From assembly GCA_951406725.2 (NCBI GenBank), contig OX597816.1, positions 57,412,001 through 57,476,000 on the forward strand: 64,000 bases of DNA, in the 5' to 3' direction. How positions within the stretch are numbered: position 1 is the first letter of the stretch; each line of letters begins with the position of its first letter. The DNA is from Octopus vulgaris. Taxonomy: Eukaryota. Under the pieces are notes generated by a model that had not been told where the DNA came from, searched no databases, and saw only the letters and a program-made list of their open reading frames with translations. Below, in pieces: positions 14,270 to 27,270 of the stretch. Both the position numbers and the translations under genes were made by a program.

Positions 14270-14410
14270 GAGAATTTACAGAAAACAAAAGACGAAGACA
14301 GGTGTATAAACTACAAGCAGATGTATTAGTTTGACGCTCAGGAAGACTGAAAAAGTCTTTGAGATTTCGAGCCTACGCTCTTCGACAGAAAAGGATGAGA
14401 GGGGGAAAAT
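14270..14410 (-). mobile_element. Penelope-like terminal repeat with a variant minimal hammerhead (14357-14393); homologs at 18420-18590 (+) and 62612-62812 (-)
   Basis: Minus strand reads CUUUU-CUGUCGA-A-GAG(CGUAGG)CUC-GAAA-UC-UC-AAAG. The three copies share flanking sequence (AAACAAAAGACGAAG.CAGGT...TGTATTAGT). Confidence 0.6.
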
Positions 14411-14852
14411 GGTAGGGATATATTAAAGATGTGCAGGGTCGAGAGTGTGGTACGTGGGTGTACACCTTATACGTATATGTATGCGTGCGTTACATATGTA
14501 TGCATGTGCGTGTTATACACACATACGCATATATAGTCTTACGTGTCCTCCTACACGTAATAGATACACACGAGTACGTACACATACATACACGTGTATG
14601 TATACATACGTAACGGTTATACTCACATGTGCGCATATCATCCACACACACAGAGATATGCACACTCTAAAACAATCAATGGTATTGATTATTGAATCAA
14701 TGCTATTTGATAACCGAAAGGTAGAAGTGATCCTCTCCATAAACCCCGAAAGGAAGAGATTTGTTTCAAATAGAACTCACACTTTTGATGTATAATAAAA
14801 TACGCGACATAACTGGACTTCTTTATTTGAGGATATTTTAAGAAATTCGAAG

Positions 14853-15140
14853 TACTAGTTACGCACTGAGGTCGATATAATCGACTTAATCCGTTTGTCT
14901 GTCCTTGTTTGTCCCCTCTGTATTTAGCCCCTTGTGGGCAATAAAGAAATAAGAATCGTTAGCACGCCGGATAAAATGCTTTGCCGCATTTCATTCGGCT
15001 TCACGTTCCGAGTTCAAATTCCGCCGAGGTCGACTTTGCCTTTCATCCTTTCGGTGTCGATAAAATAAGTACTGGTCGGATACTGGGGTCGATGTAACCG
15101 ACTTATCCCACTTCCCCCTGAACTTGCCGAAATTTGAAAC
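14853..15140 (+). mobile_element. SINE family A dimer (truncated tail-A unit joined to a tail-B unit)
   Basis: Family core GAGTTCAAATTCCGCCGAGGTCGACTTTGCCTTTCATCCTTTCGG; junction GGGCAATAAAGAAATAAG|AATCGTTAGC. Confidence 0.85.
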
Positions 15141-15748
15141 GAATATGCTGATGATTTCTGGACAGTCATCAGATGCGGTTACCTGTTGTCTGGCACGTCT
15201 TTCTGCAATCCTGGATGAAGCAAAGACCAAGGCCGGGGGTCTGGCATATGGTTAGGGCACATGTCGCCAGGGGTTCGATGTCTGCTACTGGTTGGGGGGC
15301 CACACAGCTGGTGCAAATTGAACATTCACATTCTACAGAGGGCTTCGTGGTGGCGATCATGAACGACGCTGGCATGCAAGAGATTCTGGTCTTCGACCAA
15401 AACAATCTTAGAGGAAGATGAATGATGGATGCGTATGAAACAAACGAGAAGACTTTCCAGCCTGGTCCAACCTTCGTGAATTTCTACAATGAACACGTGA
15501 AGAGGAAGGTGCTGGCCTCATACAATTCATCTGTGAAGTGGAGATGCTCGCGACAAGCATGACTGACTGCGAATGAATCTGACCCCGAATATCAGACTGT
15601 CGGCAGGTCACAGACGGAATTTACGGTGGGGTACTTTCCTTTGGTAACACTGAATTTGACACGGGTATGTTGTAAAACGATTTTCAACAAGCTTTTTAGA
15701 AATATACCATATCTTCTTTCATGGCATTAGACCGCGTTTTTAGCAGTG

Positions 15749-15785
<37 letters not shown>

Positions 15786-16364
15786 GGGGTCGTTTTTATT
15801 GTTTATTTGTAATTTGGTTTTCTCTCTCTCCTCACAAAAGACATTGGTATGTAATGGATTGTCAAAGAGGAGTGACAAGGAGACAGACCTTTCACAGTTA
15901 AATGAATGGGTTTCTGCTCACCAGACGATAATAATAATAATAATAATAATAATAAAGTCTTTGACCCAGAAATAATGTATCAAAGAAACATGATAGATAT
16001 TCTTTTTAGAGTATAAAACTCAGAAAAATAAGGAGAAAAAAAAAGCCAGCCCTTTTTTTTTATCGTTAACGTTTTTATTGTTTACATACAAAGATGATCG
16101 TAACAAAATCATAACCGCCGTGCTTAACTCTCAGGAATAAAATGGCTTCTCGCTAAACGATTTTCTTCTTTCTTCATTTGACGGTCAATTATGGATGATT
16201 TTTCTTCCAGAAGAATCCTAATTCACTGAGTTTTATTCCATTATATATTTTCCCACGACTATGGTCGCCTATTTCATAATGTAGCTTATGGGAGGAACAG
16301 AGGGTTGTGTTCTGCCGCCTTTGTTAATGATGCTGTGTTTGCGTGTGCATGCATGAGCGTATAC

Positions 16365-16705
16365 GGTAAGAAGATTGCTTCTCAACCACATGGTTCCCAG
16401 TTCAGTCCCACTGCGTAGCACCTTGGGCAAGTATCTTCTACTAACCTCTCGGGCCGACCAAAGTCTTGTGAGTAGATTCGGTAGACGGAAACTGGAAGAA
16501 GTCCGTCGTGTATGTGTACGTGTTGTGTCTTTGTGTCTGTGTTAGTCCACCCCCCGTCCTCGTTACGTAGCGGTTCGGCAAAAGTCACCGATGGAATAAG
16601 CACCAGAGTTTAACAAATAAATACTGGGGTTGATTCATTCGACTAAAAATTTCTCAAGGTGGTGCCCCAGCATGGCCGCAGTTTAATGACTGAAACAGGA
16701 AAAAA
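16365..16705 (+). mobile_element. SINE family B
   Basis: Matches the family consensus seen at 45862-46250. Confidence 0.85.
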
Positions 16706-17434
16706 AGAGATTAAAAAAAAGATATATATACACATACACGCGCGTATACATACACCTGTATATATACATATGTAATTGCACATACGTATATACATGTTCA
16801 TGAACGTTTGTATACGCACATATATACGCACCTATAATATTGAATGTATATACGTGTATATATACATACATACTTGTGGGGGTGAGGGAAATACCTCGAT
16901 TGTTCCACTTGAATAATCAAAGCTAAATGTTAATTAGACATATTACCTTTGGTTCCGTAAAATTTCGAGAGAAAATACATTTTATTGATTTCCCAGCAGC
17001 ACTTGGCTACAATGTTTTGCTTCACTTCACAATTCACCTGGAGTTGGGGTAGCAATAGAGGGGGATGAGCCTGTATGTGGCCGTTTTAACTACAAGAAAT
17101 AGCATACACTTCACGTAAACCCTGTCGTTTTAGGGAAGAAAATGATACATCAGATAATATAGTCTTGCATAACTAGTGACAGATAGGATGGGCATGGTTG
17201 GAATGCTTTTGATCATTATTCTGCTTAATTAGGGCTGACCTTGGACTAAATGACAATAATCAAATATTTAGGAGCCTTAATTTCGACACATCAGCGACAT
17301 CTTTCTACAAGCTGACCGGGTTGTGTGGTTTAAAAGTTCTCTTTGTTATCATTTAATTTTAGGTTCGATTCTAATGCGTGGCACTTTGGGGTATTATTTC
17401 CTACTCTAGCCTTGGGTCAACCAAAGCATTCTAT

Positions 17435-17800
17435 CTTTCACTTGTTTCAGTCATTGGACAGCGGCCATACAGGGGCATCTCTTAAAGGGTTTCGGTCGAA
17501 CAAATCCACCCCAGTGTTTAAGTCTGGTGCTTATTCTATCGGTACTTTTGCCGAACCGCTAAGTTACAGAGACGTTAACAAACCAACATTGGTCGCCAAG
17601 CAGCTGTAGAGAACAGACACACACGCACGCGCGGGCGCGACAAGTTTCTTCTGGTTTCCTCCGTCAAATCCACTCAGAAAGCATTGGTCAACACGGATCT
17701 TTAGTAAAACAGACTTGTCCAAAGTGCCGCGCTGTGGGACTGAACCTGGAACTACGTGGTAACAAAGCGAGATTCTTAACCACTCAGCCATGTCTGCGCT
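17435..17800 (-). mobile_element. SINE family B (diverged)
   Basis: Reverse complement of the family consensus. Confidence 0.8.
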
Positions 17801-18992
17801 TATTCCTGGAATTTCGTTGGCAGAAATGGAATGGAAGCCAATCAGAGAGACAGAATCAATTTTGGTTTAACAATTAACACTAACTCACGGTTACTCCTGG
17901 GTGCCTCTTGAGCTTTGATTTGGGGTTACCTTCCTTTCACTATCGGTACTTTTCTGTCTCAAGAAAAAGAAAGGCACATTAGTATATACACCATAATTGG
18001 AAACAGATGGAATAGTCATGGCTGGAACGTCTTTCATGATAAATTTGATAAATGAGGATTGACTTTCGATTAAGCCACTACCACAATGTGGCACACAATT
18101 TGGTTAAGAATAACAGCAACAGGAATTTTTAACCCAGGAGTTGATGACCACACCTTTGAACAAAAAGGTTAGCATTGCTCTGATGGAACCGTTGGGGCTG
18201 TATAAGCATCACGTGTTCATAATGCGACCACAAACAGTGCATAGACTGACAGACAGATAGACAGACAATTATCTATCAGTCTGTTTTCAGCCTGGCCGAG
18301 AATGAAAATAGTGGAGGTCGGGTTGATTTCGACAAGCCCGCCAAAAGCAGGACCCTATTTTTTTTTCTATTGGGAATAGCAAACCTGTATACAAATTCGA
18401 AAAATTCTCCATGTAAGAGAGATTTCCTCTCTTTCTATCTTTTCTCTCTTCCATTCTTTCCTATAGCAGAGCTTAGGCTCGAAACGTCAAACACCTCTTC
18501 AATTTTTCCTGAGCGTCGAAACTAGTACACCCTGTTTGTTATTCTCTCACCTATATCTGTTTTTTGCTTTTTGTATAAATTTGAACCACACACACACACA
18601 CACACAAATATATATATCATCATCATCATCCTTTAACGTCCGCTTTCCATGCTAGCATGGGTTGGACGGTTCAACTGGGGTCTGGGGAGCCCGAAGGCTG
18701 CAATACATATATATATTAGAGAGACAGACAGCGTAGTTAGTACTCGAAAACAAACTATTCTATTGTTTTGTGATTAGTTTACAGAAAGTGACACAATGGA
18801 AACGGTGTTGAGAGAATAAGAAGAGGTCAGTCTCTAGATTCTAAAAATATGTCCTAACTCAACTTTTGTACTGATTCTCTCTAACCTTAAACCAAAAGTA
18901 AACATTGTTTTCAGCGATAGAATTAGATAAGTAATTCCTTAATTCCTGTCCACTTGAAATAATCTTATTGTGTGTTGGGAGTTAAAGAGAGA

Positions 18993-19043
<51 letters not shown>

Positions 19044-20873
19044 ATAAAGAGACAGAGACAGTTGTATAAAAAAAGCAACTTGCATTCCATTAATGTCATC
19101 GTCTTCCATGAGCTTTTGTGCAAAGCTTTTCTCCGATTTGCAAAGGGCGGGGATAGATAATCCGGCTACCCTGAGTGGTGATAGTGGGGGGCGGTGAGCC
19201 AGGTGTGTACCTTGATTGAAACGGCCTATGATCAAAGGCTTTCCAACCGTAACCAACCAGACTTTACTGGGGTGTCTATGACTACATTAACTAATGTCTG
19301 GTCCTCGATCTTTAACCCAGGGAAGATCTGGCTGCTATTTCTAAACAAGTCGTGAAACTATAGAAAGGCGTCATCGTCGTTCGTCGGTCACTTCTTGTTT
19401 CGTGCAGCGCGCGTGTGTATGTGTGTAGATGTTTGTCTGTTGTCGATGTATGCGTCTCACTTGTCTGCGATCACATTTGTGTGTATGTGTCTTTGCGTGT
19501 TCGTGTATGTTCATATATATGCGCCTGTCTAACTGTGTATAAGATTTTGAGTAAATAGTGTATAATTTCTAATTAGATATATTTAGTTTTCCAACCGACT
19601 TCAGAATCTATTAACCAGCTTAAAAATCGGTTCAATGAACCGGTTGTATTCTTCAATGTGTTAGATTAGTTTTCGAAATGAGCGTAACATATTTCTTGTG
19701 CTGCTATTTATTATATTTTATACATACATACATAAATGTTCGCATGCTTATATGGCATTGTGCACAAATATATAGAAACATGTTTTGAGTATATTTTAAA
19801 TTACTCCACTAAACATGATATTCCAATAAATACCAACTCTCAACGACTCCAACAACTCTTCTTTTTTTTTTTTTGGCACCATGGCCCCTAACACAGAGGT
19901 AGACACTACAAGAACAGACACAACACCACAGTGGGGACATTAAACATAAAACGAATGAGGATGAATGTTATATAAAAATGGAATAAATGAAATGGCTGCA
20001 TGGGCCCCACTCCACGACTCCTACAACTTTTCCCTCTCAACCAATTCGTTACTCTTTATAAGAGTTCGGCTAGTCCATTCTTCCAATCCCACAGGGGTGT
20101 CAATGACTCTCGCCACAACACATTGATGAGTTCAAAAAATACTTAAGCTATCATAAACTTACATCGATTGAATTAGCAGTCAGCAATAGGCATCAGATCT
20201 TCTAAAAATTCATCTTGAGTAAATTGTAATCTATGTTGGCCGGAAAATCTTTATATACTCTGCTTCAATAAGAAGTCAGAAATAAGTAAGAGATTATCTA
20301 GGAATCCTTTCTTTGACCATGTGTTGTCTATGTGGAAATTGGGAAGATTTTATCCTTTATTCCCTAAATGTTATCAAACCCAAACAAACCGTGCTTTTAA
20401 AAGTCTTGAGGGTTGAATTGTTTGGCCCTAGTTAGACAGTCTCAATACTTTCACATCCCACCAAGAGGAGCTGATCTGATTAATTGTTATTAGTTAACAT
20501 GTTTAATGCTGTGAACCTTAATTGAGTGAGCTACATCTAATTAATTCATTTAAATAATTATGTGGTGAAATAATTATAAGCTGGAGAAGAGAAAACATTA
20601 GTTATTGATTAATGTTGAATCTTTCGGCATCAAAAACGGAAGACAACTCCATGCATATTTCGAGATTGTTAGATCTCCTTAGTGACAGTGTAAGCTTCGC
20701 TGTATTTGCTGAAGTTGTAACGATAGAGTCACGAAGTAAATGCACAATATGATACATTTATTGATGTAGAAAAGCAGAAACATATTCGGAGAATAAATTA
20801 CTTTTAGATGTTCTCTGCAAGAAAACAGTAGTTGAATCAGTGATATTTACTGGTGTCAATAGAAATACAATTA

Positions 20874-21242
20874 TTATGACTTCCGTCTTAGCGGAGGTTG
20901 TTTTCAGTCGTGTTTGTTTGTTTGTTTATTTGTCTGTGGACAAGATATCTCAAGAACCGCTGGGTGGATTCGGATGAAACTCTCAGGGATGTTTGGCTTC
21001 GTAATTGGCACGAACTGATTAGATTTCGGGATCGATCCGGTACCGGACAAGGATTCTTGATTATTTTCCCCGGTTTTTTACTTGATTTTTGAGAGTGGTT
21101 GGGTTCATTTTTAGTATTCTCGTTTGTGAGAGCGTTCGAGTTTATTTCAGATATTCTCATTTTAAAAATCGTCTCCGGCTAATCGTTGAGAGGACGTTGG
21201 TGTTGCCGTGACAGAGGTTTGCGCTCTCTGAGTGCTCTTGTT
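20874..21242 (+). mobile_element. Non-autonomous Helentron-type element (HINE/DINE-1-like)
   Basis: 5' hairpin ACTTCCG-TCTTAG-CGGAGGT, (TGTT)n microsatellite, GATATCTCAAGAAC...GGATTCGGATGAAAC core, 3' sub-terminal repeat ACAGAGGT and stem-loop GCGCTC-TCT-GAGTGC. This is the established HINE layout. Confidence 0.7.
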
Positions 21243-21930
21243 GTTTTACTTCTCAGAGCGCTCGATCTTGTTTGCCCTGGTTGATTCTGTGAGAGCAGAC
21301 AACAGTCTCTTGTCTGCAGTCTCACAGGGTCTCTTTATAATCTTTGATAATTGGATGCTTATTATCGTGAAAGACATTCAACATCCAAGTCCCAATCTCA
21401 AAATCCTAGCTGTCCCCAGCAGAGCAGGTTTTTGGGGAATTTCTCTGCTCTCATGTCGATTCCCATTTCTCTGACGTATTTCTCAAACTTGGTTCTTAGT
21501 GCCCCGAGTGTCCCTACAACTACTGGAATGACAGACACTCTCCTCATAGTCCACATTCTTACAATTTCGTCTTTTAGTAGTCTGTACTTTTCAGTCTTTT
21601 CTAGTTCTTTATCACTTATGCCTGCATCTCCTGCTATTGCAATATATATACTCTTGGGTTCCTTTTTCCTTTCTCAACCACAACAATATCTGGTCTCTGA
21701 GCCTCGATTAAGGAGTGACATTGGATTGTGAAATCCCACAGTATCTAATATATATTCTCCTCTGTGAGTCCTTCTAGTTCTTGTTTGCGCCATTTCCATG
21801 TTCTGTTCAGGCCGTACTTTTCACATAGCCTCCAGTGGACGAACTTAGCCACGTTATCATGCCTCCTTCCGTTGTACTTTTGGGCCAGCTTGCTACACTC
21901 ACAATATGTGAGGTTGTTTCGTTCTTGCTG
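21243..21930 (-). mobile_element. Dong/R4-clade LINE 3' fragment (CCHC plus restriction-like endonuclease), decayed
   Basis: Minus-strand frames give SHIVS.CSKLAQKYNGRRHDNVAKFVHW, ILWDFTIQ..LIEA.RPDIVVV, and IAIAGDAGISDKELEKTEKYRLLKDEIVRMWTMRRVSVIPVVVGTLG. Confidence 0.85.
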
Positions 21931-22113
21931 CCTACGCTGGACAAAACGCTTAGCGGCATTTCCCCTCCGTCCTTACGTTCTGAGTTCAAATTCCGCCGAT
22001 GTTGACTTATCCTTTCGGGGTCGGTAAATTAAGTACCAGTTAAGTACTGGGGTCGATGTAATCGACTTGTCCTCTCCCCCAAAATTTCAGGCCTTGTGCC
22101 TATAGTAGAAAGG
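21930..22113 (+). mobile_element. SINE family A (tail B)
   Basis: Family core plus the tail AAAATTTCAGGCCTTGTGCCTATAGTAGAAAGG, followed by (ATT)n. Confidence 0.85.
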
Positions 22114-22170
<57 letters not shown>

Positions 22171-22193
22171 ATTATTATTATTATTATTATTAA

Positions 22194-22222
<29 letters not shown>

Positions 22223-22225
<3 letters not shown>

Positions 22226-22500
22226 GAAAGCTCACAGTTTATTTTGCTGGGTATGATTGAAAGTGTCAGCTGTCCACAGCCAGCAGACTGAGGTAGCACT
22301 TGTTTACTGGTCATGCTTCAAGAACCCTGTGATGAATTCTTGCAGTTCCAAACAATGCTGATTTTTGTAGTTGTTCTACCTTCACACTTGCACCGATCTT
22401 TTTCGGCCATGTTGGTAGTTGAGTGCTGATACTTCCAAGTGCACCAATTACTATTGATATCACATCTACTCTCCTCATTGACCATACAACCTTTGTTATT
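22223..22500 (-). mobile_element. Second Dong/R4-clade 3' fragment ending in (TAA)n
   Basis: Minus strand translates VWSMRRVDVISIVIGALGSISTQLPTWPKKIGASVKVEQLQKSALFGTARIHHRVLEA*, with (TAA)n at 22114-22222. Confidence 0.85.
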
Positions 22501-22524
22501 CCATTATTATTATTACTGCCTTCC

Positions 22525-22690
22525 CCTATTGGGAGTTTTTTTTCGTTGTTATATTTTCGTTGTTAAACTGCTTTTTTCACTCGGATTTTTTCACAAACGG
22601 ACAAAACCCTTTGTAACCTTCCGTCCTGTTTTGTCCCCTTATGTGATAATTGATTTTTGTCAGCCGTTGTGGCCAATAAAAGAATTAATT
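22525..22690 (+). mobile_element. 3' UTR fragment of the Tx1-like LINE also seen at 47660-48020
   Basis: CTATTGGGAGTTTTT...ACAAAACCCTTTGTAAC...TTGTGGCCAATAAA shared with 47860-48015. Confidence 0.7.
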
Positions 22691-22701
22691 ATTATTATTA
22701 T

Positions 22702-22733
<32 letters not shown>

Positions 22734-22862
22734 TTCGGAAGATGAATTAATCTTAGACGCTGTCTGCAAGGAAATACAACAGTTGAGTTAGTGATAATAT
22801 ATTTACTGAAGTGAATATGAAATATATTAACTAGAAATATGATAATAATAATAATAATAATA

Positions 22863-22893
<31 letters not shown>

Positions 22894-23477
22894 GTCTTAC
22901 GACATGAATAAAATACAAGACAGCAACAATGTAAGGCTGTGGAGGTATCTGGAGTGGGGAGGGGAATAGTGATTAATATTGCTTTGTTCTTCGATGTGAC
23001 TGGTTGGGAGCGAAAAGAAGAGAAAGGACAATAGACAAAGACTCGTTTATGATATCAATACACGACTTGACACTTGAATATCTTCTGACGGATGTGTAGG
23101 AGCCGTGTGTAAGAATTACTTTCCTTCCTTAATCGTCTGAAAGAACGAGTGAGAGTCTAAGGAACGTCGGAGAACGTCTCGTTGACGATCACTCTCGACG
23201 GTTGCTAACATAACTCATCTTTGTCAATAGATGTGTCGACTACGTAAGAGCGTGAGTAGGGGCCCGCTCTTGTAAATGTCATCTGTAGCAGGTGTGGTGG
23301 TGGTAGTGGTGAGGGCGGTTGGGGTTGATGGTGATAGTGGTGAAGAAGGTAGTAGTGGTGGGTGGGGAGGTTACCAGTGGGGGTAAAGGTGAGGACGGTG
23401 GTGATGGTGGTGTAATGGTAGAGGTACTGGTGATGGTACTGGTGATAATAGTTTATGTGTGTTGTCGTGGAAGACGC

Positions 23478-23512
<35 letters not shown>

Positions 23513-23524
23513 TGTGAATGTGTA

Positions 23525-24460
23525 TTTTTTATTCTTTATTGGTTGGTGCAGAAGAAGGGGTTGTCCTTGATGCCCTCCAGCATCGGTGAGATTGGTTTTA
23601 TTAGGGTTCCACTTAAGCTGTTTTAAGTCAATAGTTGAATGGAAATATGAGAGAATTCCAGAGGGACAACGTTTTATGGAGGAAGGATCTGCTCTAGTGG
23701 CTAGTGTGGAGTTTGAGTGAGAGTGACACAGTATGGGGGCGGGAGAGTAGAGGTAAGATAACTTGGGACTAATGAAGTGGGGATGGTATGGGACTAGCTA
23801 GTTCTGCGGAACAGCGGCCAATGTAGTAGCAGTACAACTGGCCGAGGGAGGAGACAGTGTATCTTTAGGCCAGAGGCTGAAGTATATTTGTGAATGGCTT
23901 CATGTTAATTGGTCTCGTAGCCTTTCTCTGGGTTTAGATTAAGATGTCTGTGTGCAGCAGCAGCAGCAATCCTGCCCCAGATTTGGAACTGTATGGAAGA
24001 AAACCAACCCCTAAAAGTTCTTGTTTTGACGGTCAGAAAGACGATATCCAACGACGTGTACCTTAGGGTAGAGTGGGACACATAGATCACCCTGGTCATT
24101 TCACCTACATCCTTCATATACACAAGTCTTCTCGGCCGCCTTGCTAATGTTTCAGGAAGCTGTGGACGAAGAGTGAGACTGCTTTACTCTTCACTCTCAG
24201 TTTTTCTTCATAATAATCCATTTTCAACGCAAGTCAGAACTTAAAATCTTTCGACCGACAAACAGACAACAGATCTTTCGTTGAAGTTGTCAGCGCATCA
24301 CGTGCACGCGATGACGAAATACCGCCACTTCTGTGATTTCCATAACACAGACGTTTCATAGGCGGAAGCAGCTGCAGACCTTTGGTCATCTGCTTGGGTG
24401 TCTCCGTCGTCGTTGTTGTGGTATATAAATGATGGAGTTTTGATCACTTTGCAAAATGGA
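23525..24460 (-). mobile_element. Decayed CR1/Zenon-like LINE 3' fragment
   Basis: Minus-strand relics ...RPHTVSL..TSH.SRSFLHKTLSLWNSLIFPFNY.LKT..NKTNL followed by AATAAAGAATAAAAAA; many stops. Confidence 0.6.
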
Positions 24461-24544
24461 GGACGACCAACACTAAACACCAGGCAGAGTCAGGGTGGAG
24501 TTATGTGTGTCAGCCCCTCGTTTTAATTACTGGTATAGTTCATT

Positions 24545-24965
24545 TGAAAGGCGGTGAGCTGGCAGAAACTTTAGCACGCCGGGCGAAATGCTTAGCAGTA
24601 TTTCGTCTGTCGCTATGTTCTGAGTGCAAATTCCGCCGAGGTCGACTTTGCCTTTCATCCTTTCGGGGTCGATAAACTAAGTACCAGTTACGCACTGGGG
24701 TCGATGTAATCGACTTATTCTGTTTGTCTGTCCTTGTTTGTCCCCTCTGTGTTTAGCCCCTTGTGGGTAGTAAAGAAATAGGTATTTCGTTCTGCCGTTA
24801 CGTTCTGAGTTGAAATTCCGCCGAGGTCGACTTTGCCTTTCATCCTTTCGGGGTCGATTAAATTAAGTACCAGTTACGCACTGGGTCGATGTAATCGACT
24901 TAATCTGTTTGTCTGTTCTTGTTTGTCCCCTCTGTGTTTAGCCCCTTGTGGGTAGTAAAGAAATA
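24545..24965 (+). mobile_element. SINE family A dimer with 13-bp TSD
   Basis: GGTATAGTTCATT at 24532-24544 and 24966-24978; internal junction AAAGAAATA|GGTATTTCG. Confidence 0.9.
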
Positions 24966-25600
24966 GGTATAGTTCATTAGACTGGCTTCCATACAGATTC
25001 TGTTTTGTCAGCTTTGATTCAACTGAAATCACGTAATAAGTGAATATATCCCATAATATTAAGAGTTTATTGTTGTACTACACCGTCTGTTGGAGACCAG
25101 CTGTGTTTCACCCATTTTGGGAGACAGGTTTAAGTAGTGACGAGATTAACTGCTGACCTCATCGATCATTTATTTGATAAGAAAGCTTCTGATGGTTGAT
25201 GGTGTAAGGAAATAATTGATCATAAAATAAATGAATAGATAAATAAATAAATGAAAGTGGAATTTATCACCACCAACAACAACAACAACAACAACAACAA
25301 AAATAGCTGACAAAGATATCTTATTACACTCGGCAATCGTTAAAGTTATATCAGAGAGTTGGGAGTTGCCAGCTGAAAGAGAAAACCTTTAATGTCACGG
25401 GGTTGGGTATGGTTGTATATTTGATGGATTAACAAAAGACACCCAACTCGTGGAATATTACCTGGAGACACAACTATTGTAGCTAATAACAAGTGTCTTA
25501 AGTGGTGGTCATATAGTCTTGTCTCGTTTTTCTTTTTTGTTTTGTTTTACAATACATACTATATTAACAGCGGTACTCAGCAGTGCCCGGGTGTTGTATT

Positions 25601-26175
25601 CTTTTCTGCTCTAAGCACAAGGCCCTAAATTTTGCGGGGAAGGAGGCTAGTCGATTAGATCGACCCAGTACGCAACTAGTACTTAATTTATCAGCTTCGA
25701 AAGGATGAAAGGCAAAGTCGACCTCGGCGGAATTTGAACTCAGAACGTAAAGACAGACGAAATACCTATTTCTTTACTACCCACAAGGGGCTAAACACAG
25801 AGAGGGCAAACGGATTAAGTCGATTATATTGACCCCAGTGCGTAACTGGTACTTAATTTATCGACCCCGAAAGGATGAAAGGCAAAGTCGACCTCGGCGG
25901 AGCTTGAACTCAGAACATAAAGACAGACGAAATACCTATTACTTTACTATCCACAAGGGGCTAAACACAGAGAGGACAAACAAGGACAGACAAACGGATT
26001 AAGTAGATTATATTGACCCCAGTGTGTAACTGGTACTTAATTTATCGACCCCGAGAGGATGAAAGGCAAAGTCGACCTCGGCGGAATTTGAACTCAGAAA
26101 GTAACGGCAGACGAAATACCGCTAAGCATTTCGCCCGGCGTGCTAACGATTCTGCCAGCTCGCCGCCTTGAAGTT
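25601..26175 (-). mobile_element. SINE family A trimer with 18-bp TSD
   Basis: GTGCCCGGGTGTTGTATT at 25583-25600 and 26176-26193; two tail-A units plus a terminal tail-B unit. Confidence 0.9.
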
Positions 26176-26861
26176 GTGCCCGGGTGTTGTATTGAAGTAT
26201 CTTTATGAAGGCGCATTGCTTAGTCATTTCGGGTATTCGGCTCTCAATTGTAAGGTTGTGAGTTCGATTCCCAGAGTCGCGTTGTGTTTTTGAGCAAGAC
26301 ACTTTATTTCAGTTAACCCAGCTGGCAGAAATGAGTCGTACCTGCATTGCAAAGGGCTAGCCTTGTCAGATTCTGTGTCAGGCTGAATCCCCTTGAGATC
26401 CTTGTTGAGTGTAGACGCGTGTCTGCGGAGAACTCAGCCACTTGCACGTTAACTTCAGGAGTAGGCTCAGATCAACCGGAACGCTCGTCGTCGTAACCGA
26501 CGGAGGGCCAGTTATTGAAGGATCTTTTAAGCACTGAGGTGGAGATTGAACACCGTAAAGGAAATGGTTTGCGGTGGAGGAGTGATGAAGAAATAATATG
26601 ACAAAAGATTAATGATTAAAGAATATGTTCGCGATTTAGTTGTAAAGTGTTGTGAGACAGTTTGTTTAATAACAAACAATACAAACGTCAGTCGGTCGGT
26701 CGGTCGGTTGGTTGGTTTCCCCAGTTACACTTTACATGAGAGAGGGGGGGGAGATAGAGAGTAAAAGCGGGAGAGAGATAACATAAGAGGTGCAGTATGA
26801 GTGTCTTATAACTTTCTGAAGAATACTTTTTTTTTTTTACCTTTTTTAAAGAAATTTTGCA

Positions 26862-27025
26862 GAGGCGCAAGAGTGGCTGTGTGGCAAGAAGTTTGCTTCC
26901 CCACCACATTGTTCCGAGTTCAGTCCCATTGCGTGACACCTTGAGCAAATGTTTTGTACTATAGCTTTGGGCCGACCAAAGTCTTATGATTGGATTTTGT
27001 AGACGGAAACTGAAAGAAGCCCGTC

Positions 27026-27067
<42 letters not shown>

Positions 27068-27270
27068 GTGTGTGTTTGTCCTCCTCCCAACCATCGCCTG
27101 ACAATCGTTGATGGTGTGTTTACGTCCCCGTAACTTGGCGATTCGGTAAAAGATACTGATAGTATAAATACTAGGCTTACAAAGAATCAGTCCTGAGGTC
27201 GATTTTTTTTTTCCGACTAAATGCAGTGCTCCAGCATGGCCGCAATCAAATAACTGAAGCAAGTAAAAGA
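26862..27270 (+). mobile_element. SINE family B
   Basis: Full head GGCGCAAGAGTGGCTGTGTGG through to the tail AAGTAAAAGA. Confidence 0.9.

Noticed and set aside
13570-14270. Helitron-like termini (hairpin plus CCAG at 13576-13603; TC-TATA start at about 14268 on the minus strand)
   Set aside because: The two ends are in incompatible orientations and degenerate.
15148-15172. CTGATGA...TCATCAG inverted pair as a hammerhead
   Set aside because: No valid stem II or III and tail-to-tail geometry.
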